Both the position numbers and the translations under genes were made by a program. A stretch of DNA of 64,000 nucleotides. Origin: Lama guanicoe. Lineage: Eukaryota. The DNA is taken from assembly GCA_013239625.1 (NCBI GenBank), contig MU053472.1, positions 2,240,884-2,304,883 on the forward strand, given 5' to 3'. The stretch's first letter is position 1. Each line of letters opens with the position of its first letter. Positions 1-13,021 of the stretch are shown here, one piece after another. The notes under the pieces were generated by a model. It did no database searches. It was not told where the DNA came from and saw only the letters and a list, made by a program, of their open reading frames with translations.

Positions 1-385
1 TTGCTTGTTTAGGTCTTCTGCCCATTTTTGGATTGGGTTGTTTATTTTTTTCTTATTGAGTCATATGAGCTGCTTATATATTCTGGAGATCAAGCCTTTG
101 TCGGTTTCACTTGCAAAAATTTTCTCCCATTCCGTAGGTTTTCTTCTTGTTTTACTTCTGGTTTCCTTTGCTGTGCAGAAGCTTGTAAGTTTCATTAGGT
201 CCCATTTGTTTATTCTTGCTTTTATTTCTTCTAGGAGAAAATTTTTGAAATGTATGTCAGATAATGTTTTGCCTATGTTTTCCTCTAGGAGGTTTATTGT
301 ATCTTGTCTTATGTTTAAGTCTTTAATCCATTTTGAGTTGATTTTTGTATATGGTGTAAGGGAGTGTTCTAGCTTCATTGTTTTA
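1..385 (-). mobile_element. LINE-1 ORF2 C-terminal fragment, young
   Basis: The minus [27 protein letters not shown]... is L1 ORF2p. Truncated by the window edge. Confidence 0.95.
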
Positions 386-851
386 CAGATCTCCTACATT
401 GTTTTAATTATTTTTAACTTTGCTGTATGTTTTTCACATGTTAAGGTGAGATTCCTTCATCAGTCATATTTGAATCAGTTAAACTTGTATCTTAATTCGT
501 AGAGAACTGACATCTTTACATTAATTTTTTTCTCATCCTATAACACAGTATCTATTTAAAGCTTTTATCCTCAAACTTTTCAGCCTTTATGCCATTTATG
601 TGTGTACAGATTTCCATCAGTAGCTCTCATTATGTAGAAATTCTTGGGAGTAGATGTACATACTCTTCTCTCCACTTGAAAATCACTGCTTAACATCTTT
701 CAGAGAAGTTTTACAATTTTCATCATATAGGTTCCAAATATTTCCTAAATTTCAATGGATTGTCTTATCTTGTATGAGAAATTGATATTTTAGATATCTT
801 TTAAATGCTCTGAAACACTCTTAAATACATAAAGGTAAAAGTGAAAATTAG

Positions 852-1430
852 CTTTTTAAAAATTGAAGTATACTCAATTTACAATGTTTTGTTAATTTCT
901 GGTATACAGAATAGTTCTATATATATATATAAAACTGTTCATATTTTTCATTATAGACCATTATAAGGTATTGAATATAGTTCCCTATGCTATAAAGACC
1001 TATTATTTATTTATTTTATATATAGTAGTTAGCATCTACAAATCCCAAACTCCCAATTTATCCTTCCACACCCCTTCCCCACCCCCTCCAGTAACCATAA
1101 CTTTGTTTTCTATATCTGTCAGTCTGTCTATTTTGTAAATAAGTTCACTTGTGTCTTTTTTTTTAAGTTTCCCCATATAAGTAATATCATATGGTATTTT
1201 TCTTTCTTTTTCTGGCTTACTTCACTTAGAATGACATTTTCCGAGTCCATCCATGTTGCTGCAAATGGCATTTTATTCCTTTTTATGGCTGAGTAGTATT
1301 CCATTGTATATTCATACCACAACTTCTTTATCCAGTCATCTGTTGATGGACATTTAGGTTGCTTCCATGTCTTGGCTATTGTAAATAGTGCTGCTATGAA
1401 CCCTGGGGTGCAAGTATCTTTTTGAATTAG
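852..1430 (-). mobile_element. 5'-truncated LINE-1 3' end with target-site duplication
   Basis: ORF2 end ([11 protein letters not shown]...ATWMD) plus 3' UTR. Direct repeat AGTGAAAATTA at 840-850 and 1431-1441. Confidence 0.9.
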
Positions 1431-3534
1431 AGTGAAAATTATCTTATAATTTCAGCTGTTTTCTCCTCAGAAGAATTTTAAGTATGGCTCTTATCACAAG
1501 TACATATTGTTTTACAAAAAAATCAGGAGTTGAATTCTTAAACATATAGTAATATACTCATTAAGAAAGATTTAAAATGATTAGCTTGCAATAAAGGAGT
1601 TAGTATGAGAGTTTAAGATTAAAATAGAAATGTACTAAAATATTTGCATAATAACAAAAAAATAGAAAATTAACTCACTAGAGGAAAAAACCCCCAAATT
1701 TGAATCAGGCAACTATTTAAAATAATTACTAAAAAATTTAGATGATCAGTTACAATATAGTTGCTTAATCTCCTCTCACTAAAGATTATTCAAAGTGTGT
1801 GAATGTTTTCTCAACTGTATTAAGGTATTTTCTAAAGAATCTAAAAGTTTAGAAAGATAAATTCTAAGGATAAGGACATCGAAATTTCTGAGGCTTTAAT
1901 AAAGTGAGTGGAGGATGAATTTAAAAGAGCATTTTAAAACCATTTATTTAGAACATTTTTTTTCATTAATATTCACACACAAACAAAACTGGGAGATCTG
2001 AAAGAAAGCAGGTTTTAACCTGTTCCCTGTTGGACCATTACTCTTGCTGAACTTTGAATGCAACCCGAGATTTCTGGTCCATCCTTCATCCTGCTTTAGA
2101 GATATTGCCATGGCAGTGACATAGTGATCTCAGGGTATGCCTAGCTCTTAGGCAGAAATGTTTTCTTAAATGAGGAGGATTTGTATATTTTGGATTGATA
2201 CAATGTTCTAATAGTTGCCAAATAGGATGCAAATGATTGCTATGCTACTATATTTGGGTTTTTTTTTTTCCTTCAGAGTTTCTTCCTCTCATTGATTTAA
2301 TCTTGTTTCTAACCCTGTTTCCACCGAAATGAAGGCTTCAAGCTGCAGGCATGTAGGTCCATGATCATGACATATACGTAAATTGTGAAAACATTCCTAC
2401 TACTTTTTGTATTGAAGTAAGACTCTTATACCACCTAAAACAAAGTATTTTTATGGTGTACTGTGATTTTTATTGATGCAATCATTGAAGGAACGCTACT
2501 ATGCAAGCCCTAATTTAGTATAAATAGGAGCAAAAAAGAGAGAAGGGTTATAAATAGACTTATAAGAGAGAAGTCAATAAGTAAAAGATAAGTTTATAGA
2601 AATTTGAAAAACTAATATTATTCAGTGGGTGTTTTGAAGATAAAAGGAAAAAGGGAGATATTAAGAAATATAAATCAGAGAAAATGTAGTTTGTTTACTC
2701 TGCATGATAATAAAAATATAAAAAGATATAAAAAATAAGTTACATATGATGTATCTGGGTTAAAAATATTAACATCTCTAGAGAACATCTCATTTTCATC
2801 AATAAGGTTGCCAACAATAACTATAAAAACCACCTTTAGTAGAGCCAGAAACAGCAGAACTAATCTTTCATTTGCATAGTACATTTGCATGTACAGTCAT
2901 TTCAGATTTTAGATGCCCAAATATCGTCAATATTTTAAAAGAATCATTATATTAAAACAAGCAAAAAAATCTGAATTTTGCTGTGCTACTATTAGGTAAG
3001 ATTAAGCAAGAAAATAAAAAGTAAGTTATCTCTCAGTAATACAGATGAGTGGTTATGTTTAGTTAACATATATGATAAATTATACAATTTACTAACTCGC
3101 TAATGTAAGTGTATGATATAAATGAATATGACATGGGTATAACTATAAAAGAGAAAGTCATATTGAAAAGCTAATCTCCAGTGGTCCTAACCAAAATCAG
3201 GTTACCTTTACCCTCCCGTGTAAATTTCTTATCAGGCAAGACAATAGAACAAAACCTTGTTACAAAATCTCTATTACATTTCCAATCGGGAAGAGTAAAT
3301 TAAAAAAAATAAAATACATAACCCTGCCAGAACTTTTCAGTGCTCCCAAACTGCCAATTTTACCTTCCTTGGAAGAAAGACAAGCTCTATTTTTTTCCCA
3401 CAGAGAAGTATTAATTGTAAGGCATAATTCACCAGCCCACCAAGGAATAGTACTTAACTATGCTCTTCCTGTGAGCATTCAATTAACTATATGCTTATAA
3501 ATGGCATTTCCTCTGAATGCGTATTGAAACTCAC

Positions 3535-3598
3535 CTTATAAAATCCACAGCAGTGAGCATTTCTTGTTGCTAAGGGACTATGATACCATTTCATGATG
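3535..3598 (-). pseudogene. Exon-like segment D (64 nt)
   Basis: Acceptor TTTCTATTTTAG and consensus donor AAG|GTGAGT. One open frame, IMKWYHSPLATRNAHCCGFYK, which is out of phase with segment C by 1 nt. Confidence 0.45.
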
Positions 3599-3779
3599 CT
3601 AAAATAGAAATATTACGGTTTAAACTGTTCATATGCCTAGCCATCATCAGACAACTTAAACACTAAAGTGGATAAATGTTCTAACCTCTAATTATGTTAT
3701 TTAATGTTGGGATAATGAATGATCCTGTTCTTTTTAATAACTAAAGAATTCTAAAGTAATATTAATATGAATAACAATA

Positions 3780-4060
3780 ATAATAATATAGAATTATTGT
3801 CATTACAGTGAATATTTTGCATGAGCTCTTGCATCACACCAGACACCATTCTAAGTGGTTCTCAGGAATTAACTCATTTTAATTCTTAAAACCCTATTGG
3901 TTAGGTATTATTATTTTCCAATTTTGCATAAAAATAAGCTAGAACACAGAGAAGTTAAGTAACTTGCTCCAGGTTATGGAGCTAATAAAGAGGCAGAAAT
4001 AGAATTTGATATCCAACCAGTCTCATTGCAGAGTTCACATTCTTACCTGCCATACTATAT
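3780..4060. mobile_element. MIR SINE
   Basis: Core-like stretch 'acagagaagttaagtaacttgctccaggtt...ctaataaagaggcagaa'. Confidence 0.75.
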
Positions 4061-4728
4061 TACACTAAGAAAACATTTTTAAAAATCTTACTACACTTAG
4101 TTACCTGCGTGTTTTTTTTTTTAGAGTGATGTTATTCATAGTTCTTTAAGAACATACCTAGCCTCATTCATAGAACATATTTGGTGAAAGTACTTCCATC
4201 CTCTGATGGAACTACAAGATTTATAACCAAATTGTTTACGTTACTATTATAACTTTGAATCTCCTTGGCTTAGGGATGTACACTGGCAGTTTACCTTGAA
4301 TTGGAAATCCGATCCTTAATTTACAAGGCTAATCTTTGGCTCATGTCTTTGTCTCCAACGTATATTTAATCCTGATTAGGCTTAAATGAGCAGATTAAAA
4401 AACACACAAAGAGATAAGACAGAATTACTTTAACAATGCAAATTTTTAAAGTGCGATTTCACTCCAATATGGAAGCACAACGTGTCTAATTTTTCTATGC
4501 AGATGTACTAAATGGCTTTTTAGTTTTATCTTTGATAGTTACAGTTTAATACCAAATACTAATGTACTATACTATGAATAGTTTATATTTCATAGTATAT
4601 CATACTTTATATTTTTTAATTAAAGGAGAGAATGGGCCTTATTAATTATATTTATCTTCAGCATAGCAGTATAGTTATGCATAAGCAGCTCCATATTAGA
4701 TTTCAAGAGCAAACATACATAAACTTAC

Positions 4729-4886
4729 CCTTGATTCAGCAATGTTTCCAGGGTCACTTATTTCAGCACCAATTAAAAGACGTGGGAATACAGACTGGTT
4801 GATACAATTTCTACACTGTAAGCAGCTGGTTAAAGAACATTCTTTCATATTCTAGATGGCATTTAAAGATAAACCTGTCTCCATAC
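4729..4886 (-). pseudogene. Decayed exon-like segment C with a CxxC motif
   Basis: 158 nt, acceptor TTTTTTGTAG, strong donor AGG|GTAAGT. Phase-1 frame reads METGLSLNAI*NMKECSLTSCLQCRNCINQSVFPRLLIGAEISDPGNIAESR, with a single TAG at 4852-54. Confidence 0.6.
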
Positions 4887-5581
4887 CTACAAAAAATTTA
4901 AAAAGGCCTTTCATAAACTCTGAACTACCAGATTAAACATCTCAATTTCACTTATAAAGGTCTAATAGAGAGTGAATTGTATGTTAAGACTGGATAATGT
5001 TTTTGAAAACTATTACCTTAACGTATTTTGTTTTGGGGGGAAAAAAAAGGAAAACTTTAACAAGCTTTAGTCTTAACACAGGTGAGTATAGAAAATAAGT
5101 TTAAAAGAGTCAGATGAAGAAACTGAGTTTCAGGGATTATAAATTAAAATTAGAACACAGTAGACTGGCAGTTAAAATGCCCAAATCCAAAACTCATCTT
5201 CCAATCCCTTTGGCTTAGTGCCCTCCTAAGAATCAAAATTATTTTCAAGAGAAAAATGTTAATTCTTTGTTCTCAAATAAAACTATGTATAACTGAGAAC
5301 ACTATGAACAAATCTCTATATTCCACAATAAGAATATCTGTTTACATTAATTAAATGTGAAATGGTACCTTTAAAAAATTTATCACCAGTCAGTTTTAAA
5401 ACAGAAATCTGATTATCACGTAAAAATACGAGAATATAATCTTTCCCATAATAGAGGTTACACTAGAAAATACATAAAGATTCATATTCTAAGAGAAGGC
5501 TATTTTAAAATAAGAAAATTTTAAATGCAAATAGTTCCTCAGCAATTAGAAACAGCACAGTCATTTTGCTCAAGTTCCTAC

Positions 5582-6024
5582 ACTGTAATGTATCTGTGGG
5601 AGTGGCATTGTTCTTTCACAGTACATTTGTAACAGTAATAGGTATCACTATTACACAACTCGTTTCAAGACAAAAAGTTTCTCCATATTCCTTAGTTGGA
5701 CAATCCATCAAACAAATCTCAAGTATGCAAAGACAATCTTCATTATGTTGGACTGACTTTTTTGTAAAGTGAATAAAACTCCAAGTTCTCATGAAGGAAG
5801 TGAGAGCTCCAGGTGTGAATTGAGCACTCATCTCCTCCGGAGGAATTAATGGTGCTACACAAGAGAGGTGTTCAGTCATGCCAGAGAGAAGACAGCAGAT
5901 CAAGAGAGAAACTTTCCTACACACTCCACTCTCCTGATCTCTCTTGGGATTGAATTACATTTGTGTCTGGAAGTCACTGTAAAAAGAGGAGTGGAAACTC
6001 GGAATGAGATGTTGTATGATGCAG
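5582..6024 (-). pseudogene. Decayed exon-like segment B (boundaries uncertain)
   Basis: Acceptor TTTTTTCTTAG at 6025-26 (alternative at 5977-78). Non-repetitive 102-codon Cys-rich ORF at 5616-5924. Weak phase-1 donor CAGT|GTAGGA at 5581-80 in the same frame after one TGA. Confidence 0.35.
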
Positions 6025-8199
6025 CTAAGAAAAAATATTAACAACTTAGCCTTTCACTTCAAACTCAAAGGTATATGGTTGAAATGGGAAGAATCTATAT
6101 AATAGTAAGACTATGAATCTATGCAGAGTTGTATTTCTCAAAAAAAAAAAAAAACTTACAGTCCTCCATATTGCACTAAGCCAAAAAGTTCTTAACAACC
6201 ACATATTCATTTTTTGATAAATGAGTACATTCCCACAAGAAAGAATTTCCAATTCCAGAAAAAATATTGAAATTGGTCAAAGCTGCAAAGTACTAAAGGG
6301 AACATTATTAGAACCATATGATCTGACCATATGTTTCTGCAGACATGTGTAACCAAAGTAAACATTCAGACTTGTCATGAATGGTCCACCTTTGAGGGGG
6401 CAGCAGCAGGGGAAATCCCAAGTTATAGTTTTAAGTGTCTTTTATGCCTAAGTATTGAATGAGTGGCTATTATCATAGAACTTGTGACCCTCAGACTTTT
6501 AAATGGGTAGAAAAGAGAGTTTAGATGAATCCATTGATGTTGAAAATTGATAAATAATACATGCTTGGTTATTTGAAGCCAGGATTTTGGAATACAACTA
6601 ACATGCTTCTCCTTGACCATACTGCTCCTAGGAATGAGTGAAGTTTAGGATTATTTCTGGGTGAGTGCAGGGCCTGGGATAAATCATAATGTGTGGCCTA
6701 GTCCCTTCTACCCAACATTAAAAACAGGTATTGGCAGAATAAAAGGGAACATGATGAACAGCCTTTGACAGTGGCTGGGAAATTGTAAAAGGGCAGTAGG
6801 CAACCCGAGATTTATTTATGCAAAGGAAAAAGGACTTGGGTTTATGTGTCATTTGTTTGTATATAATAAGAATCCATCCCATTGTTTCTTATGAACAGCT
6901 GGTGGAATCCAGTCCCTTTTATCCTGTAAGTTGCTTCCATGAGTTACTACCCATCTTTTATCCAAGTCAAGCCTGCCAAAGTGTACATGAGATCTGGGTT
7001 TTTATGCCTTGGGAATATTTTTTGGGAGTCATCATCAGACACAGATAGATCAATGCCTCATTTGTCCCAATGTGACATTTCTTATTTATGCATTTCTTTG
7101 TTTTGAACAGAGTCTGAGATTCTGTTTTATTTTTCCTTCCTTTGCAATTCTCAAGACAGTGGCACATATTTTATAAATTGACTTAAAAATTGCTTTTCAT
7201 TTTAGAATTCACATGAGAATTAAAAAGCTTCCTTATTTACACTTGAAGGCTTTAGAAGACAAGGAAACAATGTTATCATTAAGTAAGTTTATCTTCATTA
7301 TTCATTAAAGTCCGATAAAGCATTAATGCGGCTTTTAAACGGTTATTTGCAGCAATGTCACGGATGACAAATTTTTTTCTTCTCATCTGTACTCAGCTCA
7401 GTTAAGCAAGGCAAAGGGATTTTGTGCAACTTAATTTAACACTCAGGAGGAGTCTTTGGATTTTCATCAGCACAGTATTCCTAGAAAAATCTCTTTTAAA
7501 AAAATCCTAAGAAAAGGATAAGGTGAAAAAGATTTATAAACAGCCTATCACAATAACGATTAGTTTCCTAAAAAACTAATACTGGTTCCAGTAGTTTATT
7601 ACGATGCGTTTATATGTATATGTTAGTCTATCAAAAGACAACTCAATAGAGAATTATTGCACTTGATGGTAACAATAAAATAAGTAAATATATTATCATT
7701 AAAACCTATTATCGTCAACGTGTATTGCTTCTCATAAAAAACTCTAGGTAGATGAAGTCCAAAGAATGTGATCGAGTGGGTTTTTAATTAGTATCTTAAT
7801 TTATTTCTTGGTTATCTAAAATTCTAACTTTCTCTTAGAGTGCCTGAGAAAGAGTCTAGTATGAACTAAACTGTATAAAAACAGTGTGGCCTGTCACTAT
7901 CAGTGACCTTGGATCTTTCTGGGCCTCAGTTACCTCATGTATAAAATAAGGGAAGTAGACGATTTGTAAAGTTCTGGACTACTCTAAAATACTAAAACAG
8001 TAATAAATAGTATAATAAATAAAAGGAGCACCCAAATAAAAGTTGCCAATGTCAAGACAGCATGGTTCAGTTCATTTTGTGGAACTGAATAGTGTCATAA
8101 ATTGGGTACTTGCTATTTTAAAGCATTTACCAGATTCAAGAGTGACAAAGTCTTCATTTGTACAAACACAGAAGTCTGATAGAGAAGTCGAAAGTAAAA

Positions 8200-8316
8200 A
8201 TAAACAACATAAAAAAAATGTGACAATGAATATATGTATGTTCATGCATAACTGAAAAATTGCGCTCTACAGTGGAATTTGACACAACATTGTAAAATGA
8301 CTATAACCTAAAAAAA
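8200..8316 (+). mobile_element. LINE-1 3'-terminal fragment
   Basis: '...atttgacacaacattgtaaaatgactataacctaaaaaaa' is the same type of 3' terminus as at 32100-32160. Confidence 0.8.
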
Positions 8317-9587
8317 CCACAAGTTTGTATTCTGTCTATGAGTCTACTTCTGTTCTGTATTTATGCTTTTTTTGTTTTTGTTTTTGATTTTTTTTAGATT
8401 CTACATATGAGTGATCTCATATAGTATTTTTCTTTCTCTTTCTGGATTACTTCATTTAGAATGAATTCTCCAGGGACATCCATGTTGCTGCAAATGGCGT
8501 TATGTTGTCATTTTTATGGCTGAATAGTATTCCATTGTATAAATATACAACATCTTATTTATCCAGTCATCTGTCAATGGATATTTAGACTGTTTCCATG
8601 TCTTGGCTATTGTAAGTAGTGCTGCTATGAACATTGGGGTGCAGGTGTCACTTTGAAGTAGGGTTCCTTCTGGATACACGCCCAGGAGCAGGATTCCTGG
8701 GTCATATGGTAAGTCTATTCCTAGTCTTTTCAGGACTCTCAATACTGTTTTCCACAGTGGCTGCACCAAACTGCATTCCCACCAGCAGTGTAGGAGGGTC
8801 CCCCTTTCTCCACAGCCTCTCCAGCACTTGTCATTTGTGGACTTTTGAATGACGGCCATTCTGGCTGGTGTGAGGTGATACCTCATTGTAGTTTTGATTT
8901 GCATTTCTCCGATAATTAGTGATATTGAGCATTTTTTTCAGTGCCTATTGATCATTTGTATTTCTTGCTTGGAGAATTGCTTGTTTAGGTCTTCTGCCCA
9001 TTTTTGGATTGGGTTGTTTGCTTTTTTCTTTTAAGTCATATGAGCTGCTTATATATTCTGGAGATCAAGCCTTTGTCAGTTTCTTCTTTTGCAAAAATGT
9101 TCTCCCATTCTATAGGTTGTCTTTTTGTTTTGCTTATGGTTTCCTTTGCTGTGCAGAAGCTTGTAAGTTTCATTAGATCCCATTTGTTTATTCTTGCTTT
9201 TATTTCTATTGCTTGGGTAGACTGCCCTAGGAGAACATTTTTGAGATGTATGTCAGATAATGTTTTGCCTATATTTTCTTCTAGGAGGATATTGTACCTT
9301 GTCTTATGTTTGTCTTTGATCCATTTTGAGCTTATTTTTGAGTATGGTGTAAAGGAGTGTTCTAGTTTCATTGATTTACATGCTGCTGTCCAGTTTTCCC
9401 AACACTATTTGCTGAAGAGACTGTCTTTATTCCATTGTACGTTCTTGCCTCCTTTGTCAAAGATGAGTTGACCAAAAGTTTGTGGGTTCATTCTTGGGCT
9501 CTCTATTCTGTTCCATTGGTCCATATGTCTGTTTTTGTACCAATATCATGCTGTTTTGATTACTGTAGCCCTATAATATTGTCTGAA
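8316..9587 (-). mobile_element. LINE-1 ORF2 3' region, young
   Basis: Minus ORFs [17 protein letters not shown]...[18 protein letters not shown] and MKLEHSFTPYSK. Closely similar to the copy at 1-385. Confidence 0.95.
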
Positions 9588-11199
9588 CAATTCTTAAGTA
9601 TAAAGTTAGAAAAAAGTGGCAGAAGATGAGGTTGGAGATGCTGGCAAAGACCAATTCACAAAAAATCTGGTATGTCTTCACGTAGAGTTTTGATGGATCT
9701 TGTATAAAGGAGAATTTTAAACAGGTGAGTGAAATGGACAGATCTGCCTTTTTGGATTGGCTAAGTAGCAACAAAGTAGAAGGGGGACTTTAGGGGAAGG
9801 ACTGGTGACAAAGTGACTAGTTAAGAAATATCACAATAGTCTAGAAAAGCGATTATGAGGGTCTGATTAAATGAAATTACTGTGAAGATGGAAAGTAGGG
9901 AATATTGCTCAACTCAAAAACTTGGATGACTCAATAGTTTAATATTTGGAGAACCAGATGGATGATAGTGCCACCAGCTGTTACAGAAAGATCAGGTTTC
10001 AGAAAATAATTGCTTTATAGAAACTGAGTTTGAGATGCTATGGGACATCCAAGATGTTGAGCAGTCAGCTGGAAGATGGGTCAGGAATCATTAGCCTATA
10101 GTTTAAAAGAGGATAAGATTATCCAGAGGAAGCATATCAACTGGAAAAGGAACTGGGCTGAGAAAAGAAGCAACATGTAAGTTTAGTCCAGTTACTGGTG
10201 GGTGAGGGAAGAGAGGGGGAGCTAGTAAGGGAACACACATGAGCTGAAAAGCAATGCTGAGAAGCCAATCAAGACTAGAAGCCGTAACACTGTAGTGGCA
10301 CCAATCCCCACTACTACAAAAACTTCAGCAGTGCTCAACTTTCCAGGCTGGGAATCTGGAATTGGAAGTTATGACATCTGGGTACTAGTTCTGACTTGAA
10401 TGTCACTAATTAGCTATGTTGCCTAAGGCAATGTTAAGCTCTTGGGGTTGTTCTGAGGAGATTTCTTCTTTTTGTAAAAAAGTATTTACTAAGCACTTAC
10501 TATGTGTCAAACAGTATACTATTTTCTAGGATGATTTCTGCCCTCAAAAAACTTACACTCTTTAGTGGATGTTAATGTATCTTCATTTAGTATTATAAAA
10601 ATGCTGTAAAATTATTCTAGAAAGTACCCCTTTGAAAAAAAGTACAATTGTGAGACTTGCTTTCCTTTCATAGAGAGATTCTGGGAAACAAAGGTGAACT
10701 AAAATCAATACAAAAGTATAAAAATACATCAAAAGGGTGGAAATTGCATCATGACCTTGATTGTGGTCTCGTTACAGTGTTTTATTTTCCTCATTTATAA
10801 AAATGAGGATAATACCACCTGTGTTGCTGACTTTGGCAGGCTATTTTGAGAACCAAATGAGCTAAGCGTTGTGAAAGCTCTATGGTACACTGCACTACAC
10901 GCTATACTCAAGGCAGTACAGATGTACTTGCTATGTTCTTGCTTTGTTCCCTTTGGGTAAGTTAACACTCAATAATCCACAGTAGAGAGGCTAAGAGATC
11001 TGAAGATGGGAACCTTAGGAAAAATAGCATATCCTGAAATTCCTCAAGAATATATTTCAACATTGTAAGCATTTTCCCATTAAAAATGTAATGAAAATCT
11101 GTCAAGATGTTTCCTGTGTTAAACAGATTCTGCTGTTAACGTACAGATCCTCTAACTGTGATCATAATTGTGCATAAGAGTATGCGTATCGACCTCAAC

Positions 11200-11395
11200 A
11201 GCCACTGCCTTGCCTCTGTGACTGCTCTTAGCACACTGAGCCATACGTGTTTACTTGTATGTGAATTAGGGTGTGAATTCCTAGCGGATATATCTTTGTT
11301 ATACTCATCTTTGGCACCCTTAGAGCATAGCACAGCTCATAATACAAAGCAGGCTCTCAAAATATGTAAGATGAATGAGCGGATGAATGATTAAA
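11200..11395 (+). mobile_element. L2 LINE 3' end
   Basis: 'agcatagcacagctcataatacaaagcaggctctcaaaatatgtaagatgaatga' resembles the L2 terminus. Confidence 0.6.
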
Positions 11396-12339
11396 TGCCA
11401 GGAAATACAAAAAGCTGTCCATATCCTTGGCGGGGGAGGGTCACAGTATGCCAGAGAGACAGACTTCTACACAAGTCACTGCCTTATCATACAATAAATA
11501 TTACACTGGGACACAGGCAGGGAAAATTAACTCTGTCCCAGAGTGAAAATGGGCTTAAATGGTTTATAAGATAGCTGTCATTTTGGCAAATCAATTAGTT
11601 AATGTGAAATTCAATTCATATTTTAGAATCCAATTGTGTCAGAATAGTACTGTTAATGAACATCTCAAACAGAATGTACAAAAATCCAACACTTTGTAGG
11701 TAACAGGGGTAAAAGTACACCCTTTGGAAAAGAAGAAAGAGAAATGGCAGCCTCTGGCCCACAACTGAAGGAACAGAGATAGTGTGAAGGATTCAATGCT
11801 GTTCGGGCAATAAGAATAAAAAATTTGTAAAGAGAAGGATCACTAGAGTCTAGAAATTAGCCACATGACTAATTTGTCAAATGACTTGACATTTGTGAGG
11901 GCCAAATACCATATATAAAGTCCTGATAGAAACACATTATTAATAGAAAAATCCATTCAATTTAGTCAGTAAATACAATGTTGGGAACACAGCAACAAAT
12001 AACACACTGCCCTCCCCCATCAACAAAAATCCCTGTCCTGTGGATCTTATATGTTCTCAGTGCACCTTACAGATCTCAGTGTTCCTTTGATGGCATTTTC
12101 CGCTTTGCAATGTGCACACTTTTTAAGATATAAAAATGAAGTGGAAAATATATTTTCAGAATATTTAAGTCCTGCCAGTAAAAGAACAATTACACAGAAT
12201 TTTTTTTAAAGACTCAATGCCTTTCAGTACATGAAACAAATTCTAACAGGTTTATTAGTCCTTTTGAAGGTGTAATTTCAGGTTACTGAGATAACAATTA
12301 TACTAGACTATTGTTTCAGTTTCCTAACAACTATCATTT

Positions 12340-12760
12340 GGACGGTGGTTCAGAGTTTATTAAACACTTTCACATACTGCATATCATCTCATTTAATCAT
12401 CACGATACTTTTCTTAGGTAGATGTTGCTCACTTTTGTCCCCCCAGAGAATAAAGCTGAAGCTTAATGAGGTGAAATAATATGACCAAGGCCAGTCAGTA
12501 AACAGCAGGACCAAAACTCAAACTCATTCCTTTGACCCCAAATTTTGTTATCTTTCTCCTTGCCTGATGTTAAAAATAAAAAGTCTGTATGCATTTGATA
12601 CTCATAATGTTTGATCTATTTCTTATAAAATTATTTATTAACATTTTAAGATGAAAAAAAACGGAAGTTCAGAGAAGATAAGTAACTTGCCCAAAGTAAG
12701 TCAGCAGGTGGAACTGGAACATGTTTCCATGTCTAATGATAACAAAGCTCATCAAGTTGA
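12340..12760. mobile_element. Two MIR fragments
   Basis: MIR core motifs 'gaggtgaaataatatgaccaaggcca' and 'gttcagagaagataagtaacttgcccaaag'. Confidence 0.65.
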
Positions 12761-12869
12761 TCAACTTTAAAGACTGAAATATGGTAACAATAATACATCA
12801 ATCTACCTTACTATAATTTAGGTAAGCAGATACTAAGGATAGCACAAAGTAATTTTTTATATTTCCTAC

Positions 12870-13021
12870 CTCATTCTGCTTTAGGTAATAATTCATCTCC
12901 ACAAGCAATAAAGTCCTGACTGGCAAGGTGGATTACTTGGGTCCTTTTACAACAGATACAATAAAAGAGATCAGTGTCTGAAAGGATGGTTGACATCTGA
13001 CTATGAGTCCCATAATACTAG
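12870..13021 (-). pseudogene. Decayed exon-like segment A downstream of BRIP1
   Basis: Pyrimidine tract plus AG (TTTTCCCTTTTTTTCAAG) and donor GAG|GTAGGA. One frame reads YYGTHSQMSTILSDTDLFYCICCKRTQVIHLASQDFIACGDELLPKAE*. An adjacent frame gives SGLYC immediately before CGDELLP. Confidence 0.55.

Noticed and set aside
5..502. Plus-strand hydrophobic ORFs (5-502, 9004-9471) as membrane proteins
   Set aside because: They are antisense readings of L1 ORF2.
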